Positions 10,392 through 22,082 of a stretch of DNA of 64,000 nucleotides are shown one piece after another. The position numbers and the translations under genes were made by a program. How positions within the stretch are numbered: the stretch's first letter is position 1; each line of letters begins with the position of its first letter. Where the stretch lies: contig CAWGMK010000013.1 in NCBI GenBank assembly GCA_963823655.1, forward strand, positions 448,001-512,000. The letters run 5' to 3'. The notes under the pieces were generated by a model. That model did not search any database. It saw only the letters and a list, made by a program, of their open reading frames with translations, and was not told the DNA's origin. This stretch comes from an uncultured Bacillota bacterium. Its GTDB lineage: Bacteria; Bacillota; DTU025; MWDF01.

Positions 10392-11000
10392 ATGCCGAAA
10401 GAAACCTTCAACAACCTATCTGCTGCAAAGAAACGCCGCATATTCGACGCGGCCGTTGCCGAATTCGCTGCCCAAAGGTTCAGTGAAGCATCGATCAACA
10501 AGATAGTAAAGGCGGCCGGCATATCGCGAGGCAGCTTCTACCAGTATTTCGAGGGTAAAGAAGATGTTTACCTTTACACACTGAACAAGATCGGCAAGGA
10601 GAAGATGGAAGTCCTGCTTAAGGCGGGTACTCCCGACAGTGATGCCGACTTCTTCCAGATATATGAGCACATGTTCAGGATGGCCTTCGTATGGGCTCGC
10701 GAAAGGCCTGAATACAGCAAGATCGGAGCATTGATGAGGCTTGATGACAGCGACTTCATCCTGAAGCTGAAAGGTTTGGCCGACGAGGGCTTCGCCAAGC
10801 TGACATCCCTGATCGAAAGGGATAAGGCAAGAGGGCTAATAAAGCCCGATGTTGATTCAAAGCTTGTGATAGATTTGCTCTATAACGCGCTGACGGCGGC
10901 CGAGATGCAGGCATCATATCTCAAAGGTTCTGAGGAAGAGATGCTAGAGAAGCTCAGAAAAGTAATCAGCATGGTTAAGGGAGGTATTGCGCTTGTTTAA
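10392..11000 (+). CDS. TetR/AcrR family transcriptional regulator
   Basis: MPKETFNNL...ASINKIVKAAGISRGSFYQYFEGKED HTH; AGGAGG RBS. Confidence 0.93.
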   Translation: MPKETFNNLSAAKKRRIFDAAVAEFAAQRFSEASINKIVKAAGISRGSFYQYFEGKEDVYLYTLNKIGKEKMEVLLKAGTPDSDADFFQIYEHMFRMAFVWARERPEYSKIGALMRLDDSDFILKLKGLADEGFAKLTSLIERDKARGLIKPDVDSKLVIDLLYNALTAAEMQASYLKGSEEEMLEKLRKVISMVKGGIALV

Positions 11001-11846
11001 AGTGGACAACCTCGTATACAGCTACCCAAAGAGCGCTTCGAAAGCCGTGGATGGGTTAAGCTTTGCAATCCGGCCAGGGAGAGATCTACGGTTTGCTGGG
11101 CCCAAGCGGAGCCGGCAAAAGCACGACGCAAAAGGTGCTCATTAAGCTGCTAAAAGGCTACGGCGGCAAGATATCCTACAACGGCAAAGGTCTGGAAGCC
11201 TACGGCAACGAGTTCTATGAGGACATCGGCGTAAGCTTCGAGATGCCCATCTCCTTCTCCAAGTTGACTGCCGTGGAGAACCTGGATTTCTTCAAGAGGC
11301 TTTACAAGAATACCGCAGATATCGAACCCCTAATGAAGAGAGTCGGGCTGTGGGAGGATAAGGACAAGAAGGCCGGTGAGTACTCCAAGGGCATGAAGAT
11401 CAGGCTCAACTTCGTGCGCGCCATGCTCAACAAACCAAAGATGCTGTTCCTGGACGAGCCTACCAATGGACTTGATCCTGTGAACGCAAGGATACTCAAG
11501 GACATGATCCTGGAGTTCAAACAGGCAGGCGGCACCGTATTCCTCACCAGCCACATAATGAGCGATGTCGACCAGTTGTGCGACAGGGTGGGCTTTATCA
11601 TCAACGGAAAGCTGCATGAGGAGGATACTCCGAGGAATTTGAAGATCAAGTACGGCAAGAAGACCGTAAAGATCGAATACCGCGAGCAGGGGCTTCTTAA
11701 AATCGGCCGAGTTCCCGATGGATCAGATAAACTCCGATGCCTTCCACAAACTGCTCGTCGAGAAGGATATCGAGACCATACACAGCGGAGAGACCACACT
11801 TGAGGAGATATTCATCAAAGTGACGGGGGTGGCCCTCCATGAGTAG
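10993..11846 (+). CDS. ABC exporter ATP-binding subunit (2 frameshifts)
   Basis: Walker A GPSGAGKS, signature YSKGM, Walker B LFLDEP; TTG start at 10993, ends ...KVTGVALHE-TAG. Confidence 0.85.
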
Positions 11847-12563
11847 GCTTTCGGTGCTGATAAAGGGCGAATTCGACAGGCTTAGCAAATATAACCTTTT
11901 CACGGCCAGTTTCGTGGCCTCGGCCATGTATGTCGTGATGGCCTGGTTGATGAGCGCCGAGCAGCTGACGGGATTCCTGCCTTTCATATTCATCACCGAC
12001 AGCACGATGATGACAATAGTGCTAGTAGGAGCCACACTGTTCTATGAGAAGAAGGAGCATACGATCAACTCCATAATGGTGACTCCGGCGACCTACGATG
12101 AATATCTTATCGCCAAAGTCGTGGTAAACGTCGCCAACTCGATGTTCACCGTGGCGTTCGTTTCAATCGCAGTCTTCCTTCTCAAGGATCTCAGCTACAA
12201 TTACCTTCATATAGTCTTCGCAACGATACTTGTAACGGTCCTTCATACATTCATAGGCATAAGGATCGCCTACACGGCAAAGAATTTCGCTTCGATGCTC
12301 ATAAGCTTCATGTCCTATATGCTGGTGTTCATGATGCCAAGCATCCTGGCGATCACAGGGATAATCGGCGAGGATGTCGCGCAAATGCTGGTAATACTAC
12401 CGATAAATCCTCTCTTAACCTGGTCAAGGCGGGCTTTGCCCAGGTGCCGATATGGAAGATAGTCTTCGGGTATTGCTACCTGGCTGTAATCTCCGTAGTT
12501 TTCTACAGGTATGCGGTTAGGCCCCGCTTCGCCGAGTACATGATGCGGGAAATGGGGGTGTAA
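11839..12563 (+). CDS. ABC-2 type exporter permease (frameshifted)
   Basis: Hydrophobic; GATLFYEKKEHTINSIMVTP motif typical of fluoroquinolone-export-like permeases. Confidence 0.75.
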
Positions 12564-12565
12564 GC

Positions 12566-13290
12566 ATGTTCTGGACGATGGCAAGGCACGAAACTAAGAA
12601 CCTGCTTCGAGACAAGATGACGCTTTTCATGGCCTCTTATCCTATAGCAATCGGCCTCGCCCTGAGATATCTCGCAGCGGAGCAGATCGTCGCAGGCCAG
12701 GCGCTAAATGTAAGTGCGGTCCTCCTCACCCTGATGACGGGCTTCTCCTTCGGCGCGGTCGCGGGCATGTCGCTACTCGACGACAGGGATGACCTCGTCC
12801 TCTATTCCATACAGATTTCCCCGGTGCCTGTATGGAAGTTCATCTGGCTGAAAATCGCCTTCGTATATGTCCTGGCCTTAATCGGCGGCATGCTGATAAT
12901 CTGGGTGTCTGGAGCTCTTGATTTGAGCTTCACGGAGAATCTGCTGATATCGCGCTTTCTGCCATGCAGGTCCCCTTCCTCGCTTTCCTCATCAATGCCT
13001 TCGCAAAGAACAAGGTGGAGGGCTTCGTGGCGATGAAAGGAAGCGGCTTCCTGCTGGTATTCCCCGTCGCCGGCTTCTTCTTCCTGGACATCAAGGAGTG
13101 GCTGTTCGCAATCGCCCCTGGGCACTGGGCGGCAAAGGCGGTACAATACCTGCTTTTAAGGCCGGCCATCGACGCAGGCCTTACCAATATGAACCTGACC
13201 TTCTTCTCATATCTGGCAATAGGCTTCGTCTATAACGCGCTTTTCGCAGCTTTCGCTTATTCGCTTTTCAAAAAGAGGAATGCATTCTAA
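12566..13290 (+). CDS. ABC-2 type exporter permease 2 (frameshifted near 12955)
   Basis: LLDDRDD...ISPV and AKNKVEGFVAMK motifs split over two ORFs. Confidence 0.75.
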
Positions 13291-13302
13291 GGAGGAAGAA
13301 AA

Positions 13303-13497
13303 ATGTCGACCGCATCTTTGATCCTTTTCCTGCTGGGGGCCTTCTATGCTGCAGGGCTAATATTCAGGTTCCCATTCTTCTATGAGAGCAATCCGAAGAC
13401 GCGCTTCATTATCCAGAAGATCGGGATGGGCCCCTATAAGATCCTGCTTGGAGTAATCGCGGCAGCTTGCATAATTGCCGCAATAGTGCTCAAGTAG
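13303..13497 (+). CDS. Small two-TM membrane protein
   Basis: AAGGAGG RBS; two hydrophobic segments. Confidence 0.65.
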   Translation: MSTASLILFLLGAFYAAGLIFRFPFFYESNPKTRFIIQKIGMGPYKILLGVIAAACIIAAIVLK

Positions 13498-13541
13498 CCG
13501 ATACGGCCCTTAGCAAAGCCAAGAAAAGGGTGTAAATCCAC

Positions 13542-14000
13542 TTGAAGCTTGAGTTCGATGCAAAGCTACTAAGGCATGAAGGCCTGGACGCGGCATACAT
13601 TGAGCCGCCATTCGACGTCGAGAAGGAGTTCGGCTCCAAAAGGGTGAAGGTAAGGGCCTTCTTTGACGGTTTCGAGTACAGGGGCTCTATAGTGCGCATG
13701 GACGGATGTTTCATGCTCGGGGTAACAAAGCAGGTGCGCTCGGCAATCGGGAAGGGCTTCGGCGACATAGTACACGTAGTTGTGGAAAAGGATGAGCTCG
13801 AACGCGTGGTTGATGTACCTGAGGAGCTGTCGAACCTGCTAAAAGCGAATGCAGAAGCCGACAAGAAATTCTCAGGCATGTCCTACAGCCACAGGAAGGA
13901 TTACTCCTTGTGGGTTGCGGGAGGTGCTAAGCCTGAAACAAGGCAATCGCGGGCAGGCAAGGCAATAGGGCTCATCATCCAGGGTAAGCCTTTGAAATGA
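13542..14000 (+). CDS. DUF1905 + YdeI/OmpD-associated domain protein
   Basis: PFDVEKEFGSKRVKV...YRGS; VDVPEEL...SYSHRKDY...AKPETRQSR. Confidence 0.85.
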   Translation: MKLEFDAKLLRHEGLDAAYIEPPFDVEKEFGSKRVKVRAFFDGFEYRGSIVRMDGCFMLGVTKQVRSAIGKGFGDIVHVVVEKDELERVVDVPEELSNLLKANAEADKKFSGMSYSHRKDYSLWVAGGAKPETRQSRAGKAIGLIIQGKPLK

Positions 14001-14021
14001 CAGGAACCAGTATCCGTTTTG

Positions 14022-14047
14022 GGGCCGTCCTTCAGGATGGCCCTTTT
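14022..14047 (+). terminator. Intrinsic terminator
   Basis: GGGCCGTCC-TTCA-GGATGGCCC then TTTT. Confidence 0.7.
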
Positions 14048-14079
14048 CGTAATATTCCTCCATTTTTTCCTTAGAAGAT

Positions 14080-14108
14080 TTGATTAGAAGGACACAAATC
14101 CTTATAAT
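14080..14108 (+). promoter_or_regulatory. SigA-type promoter
   Basis: TTGATT-17 nt-TATAAT. Confidence 0.6.
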
Positions 14109-14229
14109 CTTGAGTTGGCTGTGCTGAACGGATTGACGATCGCCAAGCCTTTCGGCAAACGAGCGGACATTCGCTGAGTCTTCAGTAATTATCTTCGAGT
14201 GTTGGCATAATGGGAGGAAACATCACCAT

Positions 14230-14602
14230 ATGAAATTCACCAAGACGAAGAAAGTGCTCTTGATCGTCCTAATTGTCATCGTAGTGGCCATTGTAGCAAT
14301 TAAGAACATGAAAGTGCCCGAAGTCAACCTGGCTGTAATCGATTTCTCCGCATTGGCTGATGGGACCTACCCCGGCACCTATGTCTTGGGCCCGGTTAAA
14401 GCATCAGTAGAAGTAGATGTCCTGGGCGGCATCGTAACTCAGATACGCATGACTGAGCACAGGAGGGCAAGGACAGTCCGCGGTCGCTATCCTGGATTCC
14501 GTCATAGCCTCTCAATCACTGCAAGTCGATATCATCACCGGCGCCACCTGGAGCAGCAACACGATACTTAAGGCAATAGAGGATGCGCTGAAAAACAAGT
14601 AA
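14230..14602 (+). CDS. Membrane-anchored FMN-binding domain protein (frameshifted)
   Basis: N-terminal TM, LADGTYPG...VEVDV, then VDIITGATWSSNTILKAIEDAL (flavinylation-type TGAT motif) in a shifted frame. Confidence 0.8.
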
Positions 14603-14614
14603 GAAGGAAGCGAA

Positions 14615-15605
14615 ATGAGCCATTCTCCAAATGCCATAACTCCAATATCAGGCATCCCTGAGGCTCTGCAAAAAAGGCTGGCCGCCAGATTCCCGGGGCT
14701 TGCCCTGATCGACAGGCTTGATGAAGGTTGGTCAGCCGATGAGAAATTCCGGCTTCAAGGCAGGCAGAGACAGGATATTCCTGTTAAGGACATCCAAATC
14801 GGTAAGCGAAGGAAGGCGGCTCGCTCAGGCTGATGCCATGGGAAATGCCCTGAAAGCTGGCATCACTGCCCCTCTCCCGATTGAAACAGGCTTATTTGAA
14901 GACGGCTCTTCCTACATACTCCAAACCTGGCTGGATGGGACGAGCCTGGAAAAAGCACTTTCCCATTTTGATATGAAAAAGCAATACGAGCTTGGCCTTT
15001 CGGCAGGAAGCCTGCTTAAGTCCCTTCACGATATCTCTTCTGTCTCCCTTTCCCGGGCGACGTATCCCGACAGGTTGAAGAAGACCTTCAGGAAACTCCC
15101 CTGCATATAAGTCCTCGGGGATTAGGGTAGCCGGAGAAGATTTGGCGCTTCAGCTGCTGAAAGATCGCCTTCCTCTGCTTGATGGAAGGCCCCTGTGCCT
15201 TCAGCACGGCGATTTCCATCCCGGGAACATGCTGGTTATGGCCCACGGAGGGCTTGGCATCATAGACTTCGACCGCTGTGACTACTCAGACCCCTATGAG
15301 GAGTTCTACAAAGCTGAGCTGTTCCGCGCCCTTTAAGCGCAGCCTTCGCAAACGGCGAGCTTCACGCCTATTTCAATGGAGACCCGCCTTCCGATTTCTG
15401 GAACGTACTGTCGGTCTACCTGGCGGGCGTGATGCTTTACTCCCCAGTCTGGGCAATACCTTTCGGCAAAGCCCAAATCGACTACATGTGCTCGCTCTCG
15501 GAATTGGTGCTTAAGGATTTCGATGGCTTCAAATCATCGTTGCCCCTCTGGTATATCCCTTTCAATAACGTGGACAGCCTCATTGCGCCTCATCCTAATG
15601 GCTGA
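14615..15605 (+). CDS. Aminoglycoside phosphotransferase/choline kinase-like protein (about 3 frameshifts)
   Basis: GWSADEKF, LQHGDFHPGN, IIDFDR, DPYEEF spread across fragments. Confidence 0.75.
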
Positions 15606-15681
15606 GGAAAACTATCGAGGCAACCCATGAAGGATTCGACTAGTGCTAGCCAGTGAAGGCTTTTTTGTTCAGGAGGTTTTG

Positions 15682-16186
15682 ATGAACACCCTAATCGTTT
15701 ACACGACGAAGTACGGCGCGACGGCCGAATGCGCAGCGAAACTAAAGAAGCTGCTGCACGGAGGCGTGGTCCTTGCTGACCTCAAGGGGGGCAAAGCCCC
15801 TGACCTCTCTAAATTCGACCGCGTCATTGTTGGCGGGCCCGCATACGTGGGAAGAGTCGGCAAAGAGGTCCTGGCTTTCTGCAACACCAACATGCAAGCA
15901 TTTGTTGTCGAAGCAAATCGGCCTATTCATATGCAACATCCAAAAGGACGGCTTGGCTGAGCTTGAGGCTGCATTTCCTAAGGAGATTGCATCTGCGGCG
16001 AAAGCGAAAGCTGCATTTGGAGGCCGACTCGAATTCAACAGGCTCACCCTTCCCGATCGGCTGGTCACGAAGATGATCGGAAAGGTGGATAAGACCATGC
16101 CCACGATGTCCAAAGGCGTTGTATACTCCACAATTTCGGACGAGGCTATCTCCCTATTCGCGAAGGAAATGGAACGGTCAGAGTAA
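15682..16186 (+). CDS. Flavodoxin-domain protein (HemG-like; frameshifted)
   Basis: TLIVYTTKYGATAECA, VIVGGPAYVG, FGGRL. Confidence 0.8.
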
Positions 16187-16202
16187 TTACTGATGGAGGG
16201 CG

Positions 16203-17242
16203 ATGCGAATGATAAAACCGAGGAAGCTGCTGCCTGGTGACAAGGTCGCAACCGTAAGCCCGTCCAGCGGCAGCGCGGGTGAACCTGCATTCAGATGGCG
16301 CTATGAAATAGGAGTGCGCAGGCTAAAAGAGCTGTTCGGCTTCGACGTGGTCGCAATGCCCAATTCCCTCAAGGGCATAGAATACAACTCCAAGCATCGG
16401 AGGGCAGGGCTGAGGATCTCTTGGCCGCCTTCAGCGATAAATCGATAAAGGCGATCATCTGCAACATCGGAGGAGACGACAGCATCAGGCTGCTGTCCTT
16501 CCTGGATCAAGAGGTCATACGCACTAATCCAAAAGTGCTGACCGGCTTCTCTGACACGACAAGCGTACATATGATCTGTTACGGCTCCGGCCTCTCGACT
16601 TTTTACGGGCCGGCCCTGCTCACGGACTTCGCCGAGAACTGCGGCGTTTTCGGCTATATGGCTGACTATTTCAAGCGCGCCACATTCGAAACAGGCCCCA
16701 TCGGCCCGGTTTCAGCCCCAGGCTATTGGACCAGCGAGTTTCTCGACTGGAACGACAGGGAGCTGAACAGGTCCCCGCGGCGTACAAAGCGTTCTGGTGG
16801 CTTCGGACATCTATGTGGAGAAGGAGTTGTTGAGGGAAAGCTTCGTGGCGGCTGCCTCTCGGTGCTTGACCGGATAGCCGATACTTCTGCCTTCCCCGCC
16901 CCTGAGCATTGGAAAAGGGCAATCGTTTTCCTTGAGACGCCCGAGACAACACCTGCCCCTGAGCTTTTCGAAGCCCAGATGATGACTATGCTGCGAAAAG
17001 GCGTCCTTCAGGAAGCGGCGGGCCTGGTCTTCGCAAGGCCGTATGGGAACATGTACAACGATGAATACAAGGCCATATTAAGAAAGCTGATCTGCGATGA
17101 GCTGGGGCTTGGGCATTTACCAGTGTTGACGGACTTGCCTTTCGGCCACACCTCGCCCATCATCACGCTTCCCATCGGGGCCGATGCCCGCATAGATGCC
17201 GATTTGCGCGCCTTTTCGATACTTGAATCCGGTGTCGTCTAG
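16203..17242 (+). CDS. S66 peptidase (LD-carboxypeptidase/MccF family; frameshifted near 16400)
   Basis: GDKVATVSPS, IGGDDS, GFSDTT, GGCL, FLETPE, FGHTSP. Confidence 0.88.
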
Positions 17243-17320
17243 CTTGCTACGTATGAAGGATTTTCAACCCGAAAACATCCAAGGATGTATAATTTCGTTG
17301 ATGGCTAAATGGAGTGTGAA

Positions 17321-17946
17321 ATGAAAGAAAAAGTCGAATCCCCGATATATTCGCAGATTGCCCTGGACATTGCCTTCAGGATATCCAAAGGAATAGATCA
17401 AGGAGGGCGCAAATCTCAGCGGCAGGTCGGTGCTCGCAAGCGAGTACAAGCTATCCCCAGACCGTAAGAAGGTCTATGAGGATACTTGAAGACATGCAGA
17501 TCGTGAAAGTGCACGCCAATATCGGGGCCGAGGTAATCTCAAGGGCAGCTGCTGCGCTTTTCATAGAGCACTACAATGTCGGCAACGATATGCGCTCCCA
17601 CAGGAATGAGATATCGTCGCTGATAAAAAGCCGTGAGGAGCTGGACGTAAAGCTGCTGTCTCTCATCGGCAAGGTGTACGACCTGAGCGAAAGGCTGAGG
17701 AACATCAGCCCGGTACATGCGGTCGAACTCGAGATCCCGGAAGGATCCCCCATAATCGGCAAAACGGTCACCGGACCTGAAATTCTGGCAGAGGACCGGG
17801 GCGACCATAGTCGGCATAAAGCGGCAGGGCAAGATAATAATCTCACCAGGGCCCTATGCATCATTCATACCTTCAGACATAGTGCTGGTTATCGGCGACA
17901 AGGATGCGCCCGAAAGGGTATCGAGAAGCTGATAGCGGAGGGTTAA
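17321..17946 (+). CDS. GntR-HTH + TrkA_C domain protein (frameshifted)
   Basis: PRYIRQIALDIA-like start, SGRSVLASEY, C-terminal SPIIGKT/FWQ/TIVGIKR pieces. Confidence 0.7.
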
Positions 17947-18048
17947 TTGGGCGATGCGCTCGCTAATGTAAGTATGATGGCGCCCGGCGAAAGACCCGGA
18001 AGCGATTCCGCCCGGCGCCATTTTGATTTTTGGCGCTGGTGATCCTGC

Positions 18049-18377
18049 TCACTTGCCGATAAATGCCTTCGGATGTTGGTGCCTTCACTACGAAAAGCTC
18101 AAGTACGGGCTCATGCTCGTTACGAACGAACATCTTTGTGCCAAACGGAATGTTCAAAATGCTGCCCGCCTCATAAACGTGGGTGTCCTGCTCTGCAAGG
18201 CTTATTGACAGAGTGCCCCTTGCCACTATCATCTGCACATGGGAGTTCGCTTCGTGCACCGGCAGCGCTTCTGTCTTGTTCAGCACCATGTGGTTTATCG
18301 CGCAGTGCTCATCATCGACGATTTTCTCGATGGTCTTCGCGTCGGTTACAGAGAATTCGATATATCTTCTCTATCAT
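18049..18377 (-). CDS. Cupin domain protein (frameshifted)
   Basis: IEKIVDDE...NHMVL..EALPVHEANSHVQMIV...LELFVVKAP. Confidence 0.75.
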
Positions 18378-18465
18378 ATTTACTCCCCCTCATGTTCTCT
18401 CTTGGCTTAGATTCTGATCAGAATGTACATAGGATAGCAGTAATATTTATTACCGGAGGATAACT

Positions 18466-19161
18466 ATGAAAATCGATCCCGTTATGCTAGACTCCGGCCT
18501 TTTTAATGGAATACCCGAAGATGAGCTCGTCTCCCTCCTCGGCTGCCTCGAGTGCCGCCGGATAGACTTTTCAAGAGGGGACATCATAGCCTACTCAGGC
18601 CAGCTGCAGAAATACATCGGCCTGGTGCTTGAAGGAAGCGCCTCCTTGGCGAAGGAGAATCTGCAGGCCCAGCGCATGTTGATCTCAGTGCAGGGGCCAG
18701 GGGATTCCTTCGGCGAGATGAACGCCTATTCCGGAAGCAAAATATGGCCGGTGACCGTTATGGCGGAGAGCAAGGGAAGCCTTCTTGCAATACCGCTCGA
18801 TCGGATCAATTCCAGCTGCGACAAGCGCTGTTTCGGGCACTGGTCGCTAATAGTGAACCTGCTGAGGCTTGTTTCAAAGAAGGCACTGACGCTAAGCCTT
18901 GCGATAGATTACATCGGAATCAAGGGTATCAGAAGGAAGCTGGCCATCATGATCCTCCAGGAGGCAGACAAGGCAGGCTCCCTTTCCTTCAGGTCCGAAA
19001 TGAACAGGGGCCAGATGGCCGACTACTTCTTTGTAACAAGGCCCGCACTCAGCCATGAGCTTTGCCTTCTGAGGGATGACGGCGCCATCGAATTCCAAGG
19101 AAGGGAATTTCGTATACTGAACCATTCCCTTCTGAAACGAATAGCCGAAAAAGACGTTTAA
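18466..19161 (+). CDS. Crp/Fnr family transcriptional regulator
   Basis: GDSFGE cNMP-binding fold; C-terminal HTH NRGQMADYFFVTRPALSHEL; Cys cluster CDKRC. Confidence 0.9.
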   Translation: MKIDPVMLDSGLFNGIPEDELVSLLGCLECRRIDFSRGDIIAYSGQLQKYIGLVLEGSASLAKENLQAQRMLISVQGPGDSFGEMNAYSGSKIWPVTVMAESKGSLLAIPLDRINSSCDKRCFGHWSLIVNLLRLVSKKALTLSLAIDYIGIKGIRRKLAIMILQEADKAGSLSFRSEMNRGQMADYFFVTRPALSHELCLLRDDGAIEFQGREFRILNHSLLKRIAEKDV

Positions 19162-19196
19162 CATTGTAAAGGCTTACAATGCTCGGAGGTTTTCCC

Positions 19197-20182
19197 ATGG
19201 TCGTCATAACCGGAGCTACTGGTCATATTGGTAATGCGCTGGTGCGCGAGCTTGCCTCCGACGGAGTAGATATCAGGGCGCTGGTGCTTCCCGGTGAGAC
19301 GACAAAATCGATCGATGGGCTAGGAGTCGAATATTTCAAGGGCGACGTACGCGATTACCGGTCGCTCATCAGGGCTTTCAAGGGGGCTGAGGCTGTCTAT
19401 CACCTGGCCGGGCATAGTATCGATCGGTTCAGGCAAGAAGAAGCTGTTAAGGGACGTAAACGTGCAGGGGCACCATGAATGTCTGCGACGCATGCCGCGA
19501 CCTTGGAATACCCAGGCTTATATATGTCAGCTCCATCCACGCTTTCAAGGAGCCCCCAAGAGGCACCCTTATTTCTGAGACCAAAGACTTCGACCCAAAG
19601 CATGTGGGGGGCAACTACGCGAAATCCAAGGCTGAGGCAACTCGCTATGTGCTCAAGTGCGCAACAGAAGGGCTGAATGCGGTTATTGTGCACCCTACCG
19701 GGGTCATCGGCCCCTATGAGTATAAGCTTTCCAATATGGGGCAGCTCTTCGTGGATTTCATGCGGAGCAGGCTTTATGCGATAATCGATGGCGCCTATGA
19801 TTTCGTCGATGTAAGAGACGTCGCCAAAGGAATTGCTCTTGCCGCAAAATTCGGCCGAAAAGGCGAGAACTACATCCTCTCAGGTGAGCAGATAAGCGTG
19901 AAGAGCATGATGGAAGTACTGTCCGGAGAGACCGGAATAAAGGCGCCGACAAGGATAATACCCTGCTGGCTTGCACAGTTCACCGGTTTCTTCGCGGAAA
20001 TCTACTACAAGGCCCGCAAGCAGCAACCCTTGTTTACCTCATATTCCGTCTCGACCCTGTCCAGCAATTCGATGACTAGCTCAGGCAAAGCTCTGAAGGA
20101 ATTCGGCTACAAATCGAGGCCGCTGAGAGAGACGATCAAGGATACTGTCACCTGGCTAAAGGAGCATACTATTAAAAAGTAG
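19197..20182 (+). CDS. NAD-dependent epimerase/dihydroflavonol reductase-like SDR (frameshifted near 19410)
   Basis: ITGATGHIG, VYHLAG, YVSS, YAKSK. Confidence 0.88.
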
Positions 20183-20212
20183 CGGCAAACATCGCCAAAG
20201 GTTCAGGTTATC

Positions 20213-20254
20213 ACCCGCCATAGGTTATAATTCCTATGGCGGGTTTAGTTTTTT
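20213..20254 (+). terminator. Intrinsic terminator-like hairpin
   Basis: ACCCGCCATAGG-TTATAATT-CCTATGGCGGGT then TTAGTTTTTT. Confidence 0.65.
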
Positions 20255-20279
20255 AGCCTGATCCTGGAGGTAGATAGTT

Positions 20280-21996
20280 ATGCAAGCCGAGAATTTCTTC
20301 CTGCTTTTCGGAGGTTTGGCGCTTTTCATATACGGCATGATGCAGATGGGCGAAGCCCTGGACAGAAGACAGCTGGCGAGAACATGCGAAGGATACTGCA
20401 GCTTCTTACCTCAAATCCCCTTCTCGGCGTGCTTGTCGGCGCCTTGGTTACGATGATAATCCAAAGCTCAAGCGCCACAACTGTAATGGTAATAGGCTTT
20501 GTCAGCGCGGGCTTGATGACGCTTAGGCAATCTGTTGGGGTCATCATGGGTGCAAATATAGGCACCACGATAACCGCCTGGCTGGTGGCAATCAAAATCG
20601 GCGATTACGCCTGGTTGTTCGCAGCCGTCGGTTTCCTCTTGATGTTCGTCGGCAAGAAGGCCAAGGTCCGTTACATCGGCCAGCTGATATTCTCATTCGG
20701 CGTCCTCTTCATTGGCTTGAATACCATGGGCGCGTCTATGAAACCCCTTGTTAAGAACGAATTTTTCCTGAGCCTGATGGAGAAATCGGCCAACTACCCG
20801 ATACTCGGCCTTCTGATGGGGACCTTTTTCACTACTCTAATCCAAAGTTCAAGCGCATCCATCGGTGTGCTTCAAACTCTTGCCAGCGCCACCGATAGCA
20901 CCGCCTCTCCTGCCGTGATTAGTATCATGCAGGCCTTCCCCCTTCTTATCGGAGCTAACATCGGGACAACGATCACCGCTTTCCTCGCTTCGATTGGAGC
21001 CAGGAAAGAGGCCCGACGGGCCGCTTTAACGCATACCGTATTCAACCTTGTAGGGGGCGGCAGTTTTCATGCCGCTATTCTATCTTGCGGCGAGGGCCGG
21101 GCTTCAAAACTGGCTTTCTAGACTTCTTAGGAGTGGATGTAGCGACCGCGGGGGGTATAAGAAGCGGAATAGCCGCTATGCACTCGATTTTCAACATTTC
21201 GAATACCCTCTTGCTGCTGCCTTTCATCTGGCTTCTGTGCAAGCTTGTGACTCTGGTAGTCCCCGGCAAGGATACTTACGAACAGCGTACCACGCTCTAT
21301 CTTGATTACAAGGTAATCGGCACATCGTACGTCGCCCTAGACTTGGCCACCAAGGAATTGGCCAGGATGGCCGAGTATTCAAGGCAGATGTCCCTTGATG
21401 CCAAGAAGGCTTTGATTAACCTGGATAATCAGGCGATGAAGAGAATCCTGGAAATCGAGGATATCGTGGACCTGCTAGACAAGGAAATCGTGAAGTATAT
21501 GTCCACCATGATGTCCAGAAAGATCATGACCGACCATGACTCGCTAAGGGTAGCGGGCCTTATGCACGTCACAAGCGACATCGAGCGGATAGGCGATCAC
21601 TGCACCAATATCGGTGAGCTGGCCCTTGAGGTGTCCGAGGATGGCATCAAGTTCTCCGACCAGGCGGTTGCAGAGCTTAATACAGGCTTTGACAAGGTAC
21701 TTTCCATAGTGGACCAAAGCATATCCTCATTGAGGAATAACGATATCGACCTAGCAATCAAGGTGATTATGGCAGAAGCCGACCTTGACGATATGGAGGC
21801 GGCGATGAGGACCAGCCATCTGAAGAGGCTCAATGATGGCCTGTGCAATCCCAAGAGCGCCGTAATTTTCCTTGATGTAATGCACAACATGGAGAGAATC
21901 GGCGACCACTGCAAGAACATAGCCGAGGTGGTCATAAGCGACAATAACCTGGACGTTGAGAAGCTTGAAAGGGACATTGCTATAAAGCAGCCCTGA
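20280..21996 (+). CDS. Na/Pi cotransporter family protein with PhoU repeats (2 frameshifts)
   Basis: Two QSSSA...GANIGTT repeats; two ERIGDH PhoU motifs. Confidence 0.9.
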
Positions 21997-22082
21997 GCAT
22001 AGAATATTATTGTAGGCACATAGAAGGGAGGCGGGCTTACCGACCTCCCTTTTAAATGTGTCGCTTGCTGGGGGTAATTTCC

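Noticed and set aside
15606-15680. Possible riboswitch before the flavodoxin gene
   Set aside because: Only a weak AGCC-AGTGAA-GGCT stem plus T-run; no aptamer consensus, more likely a simple terminator
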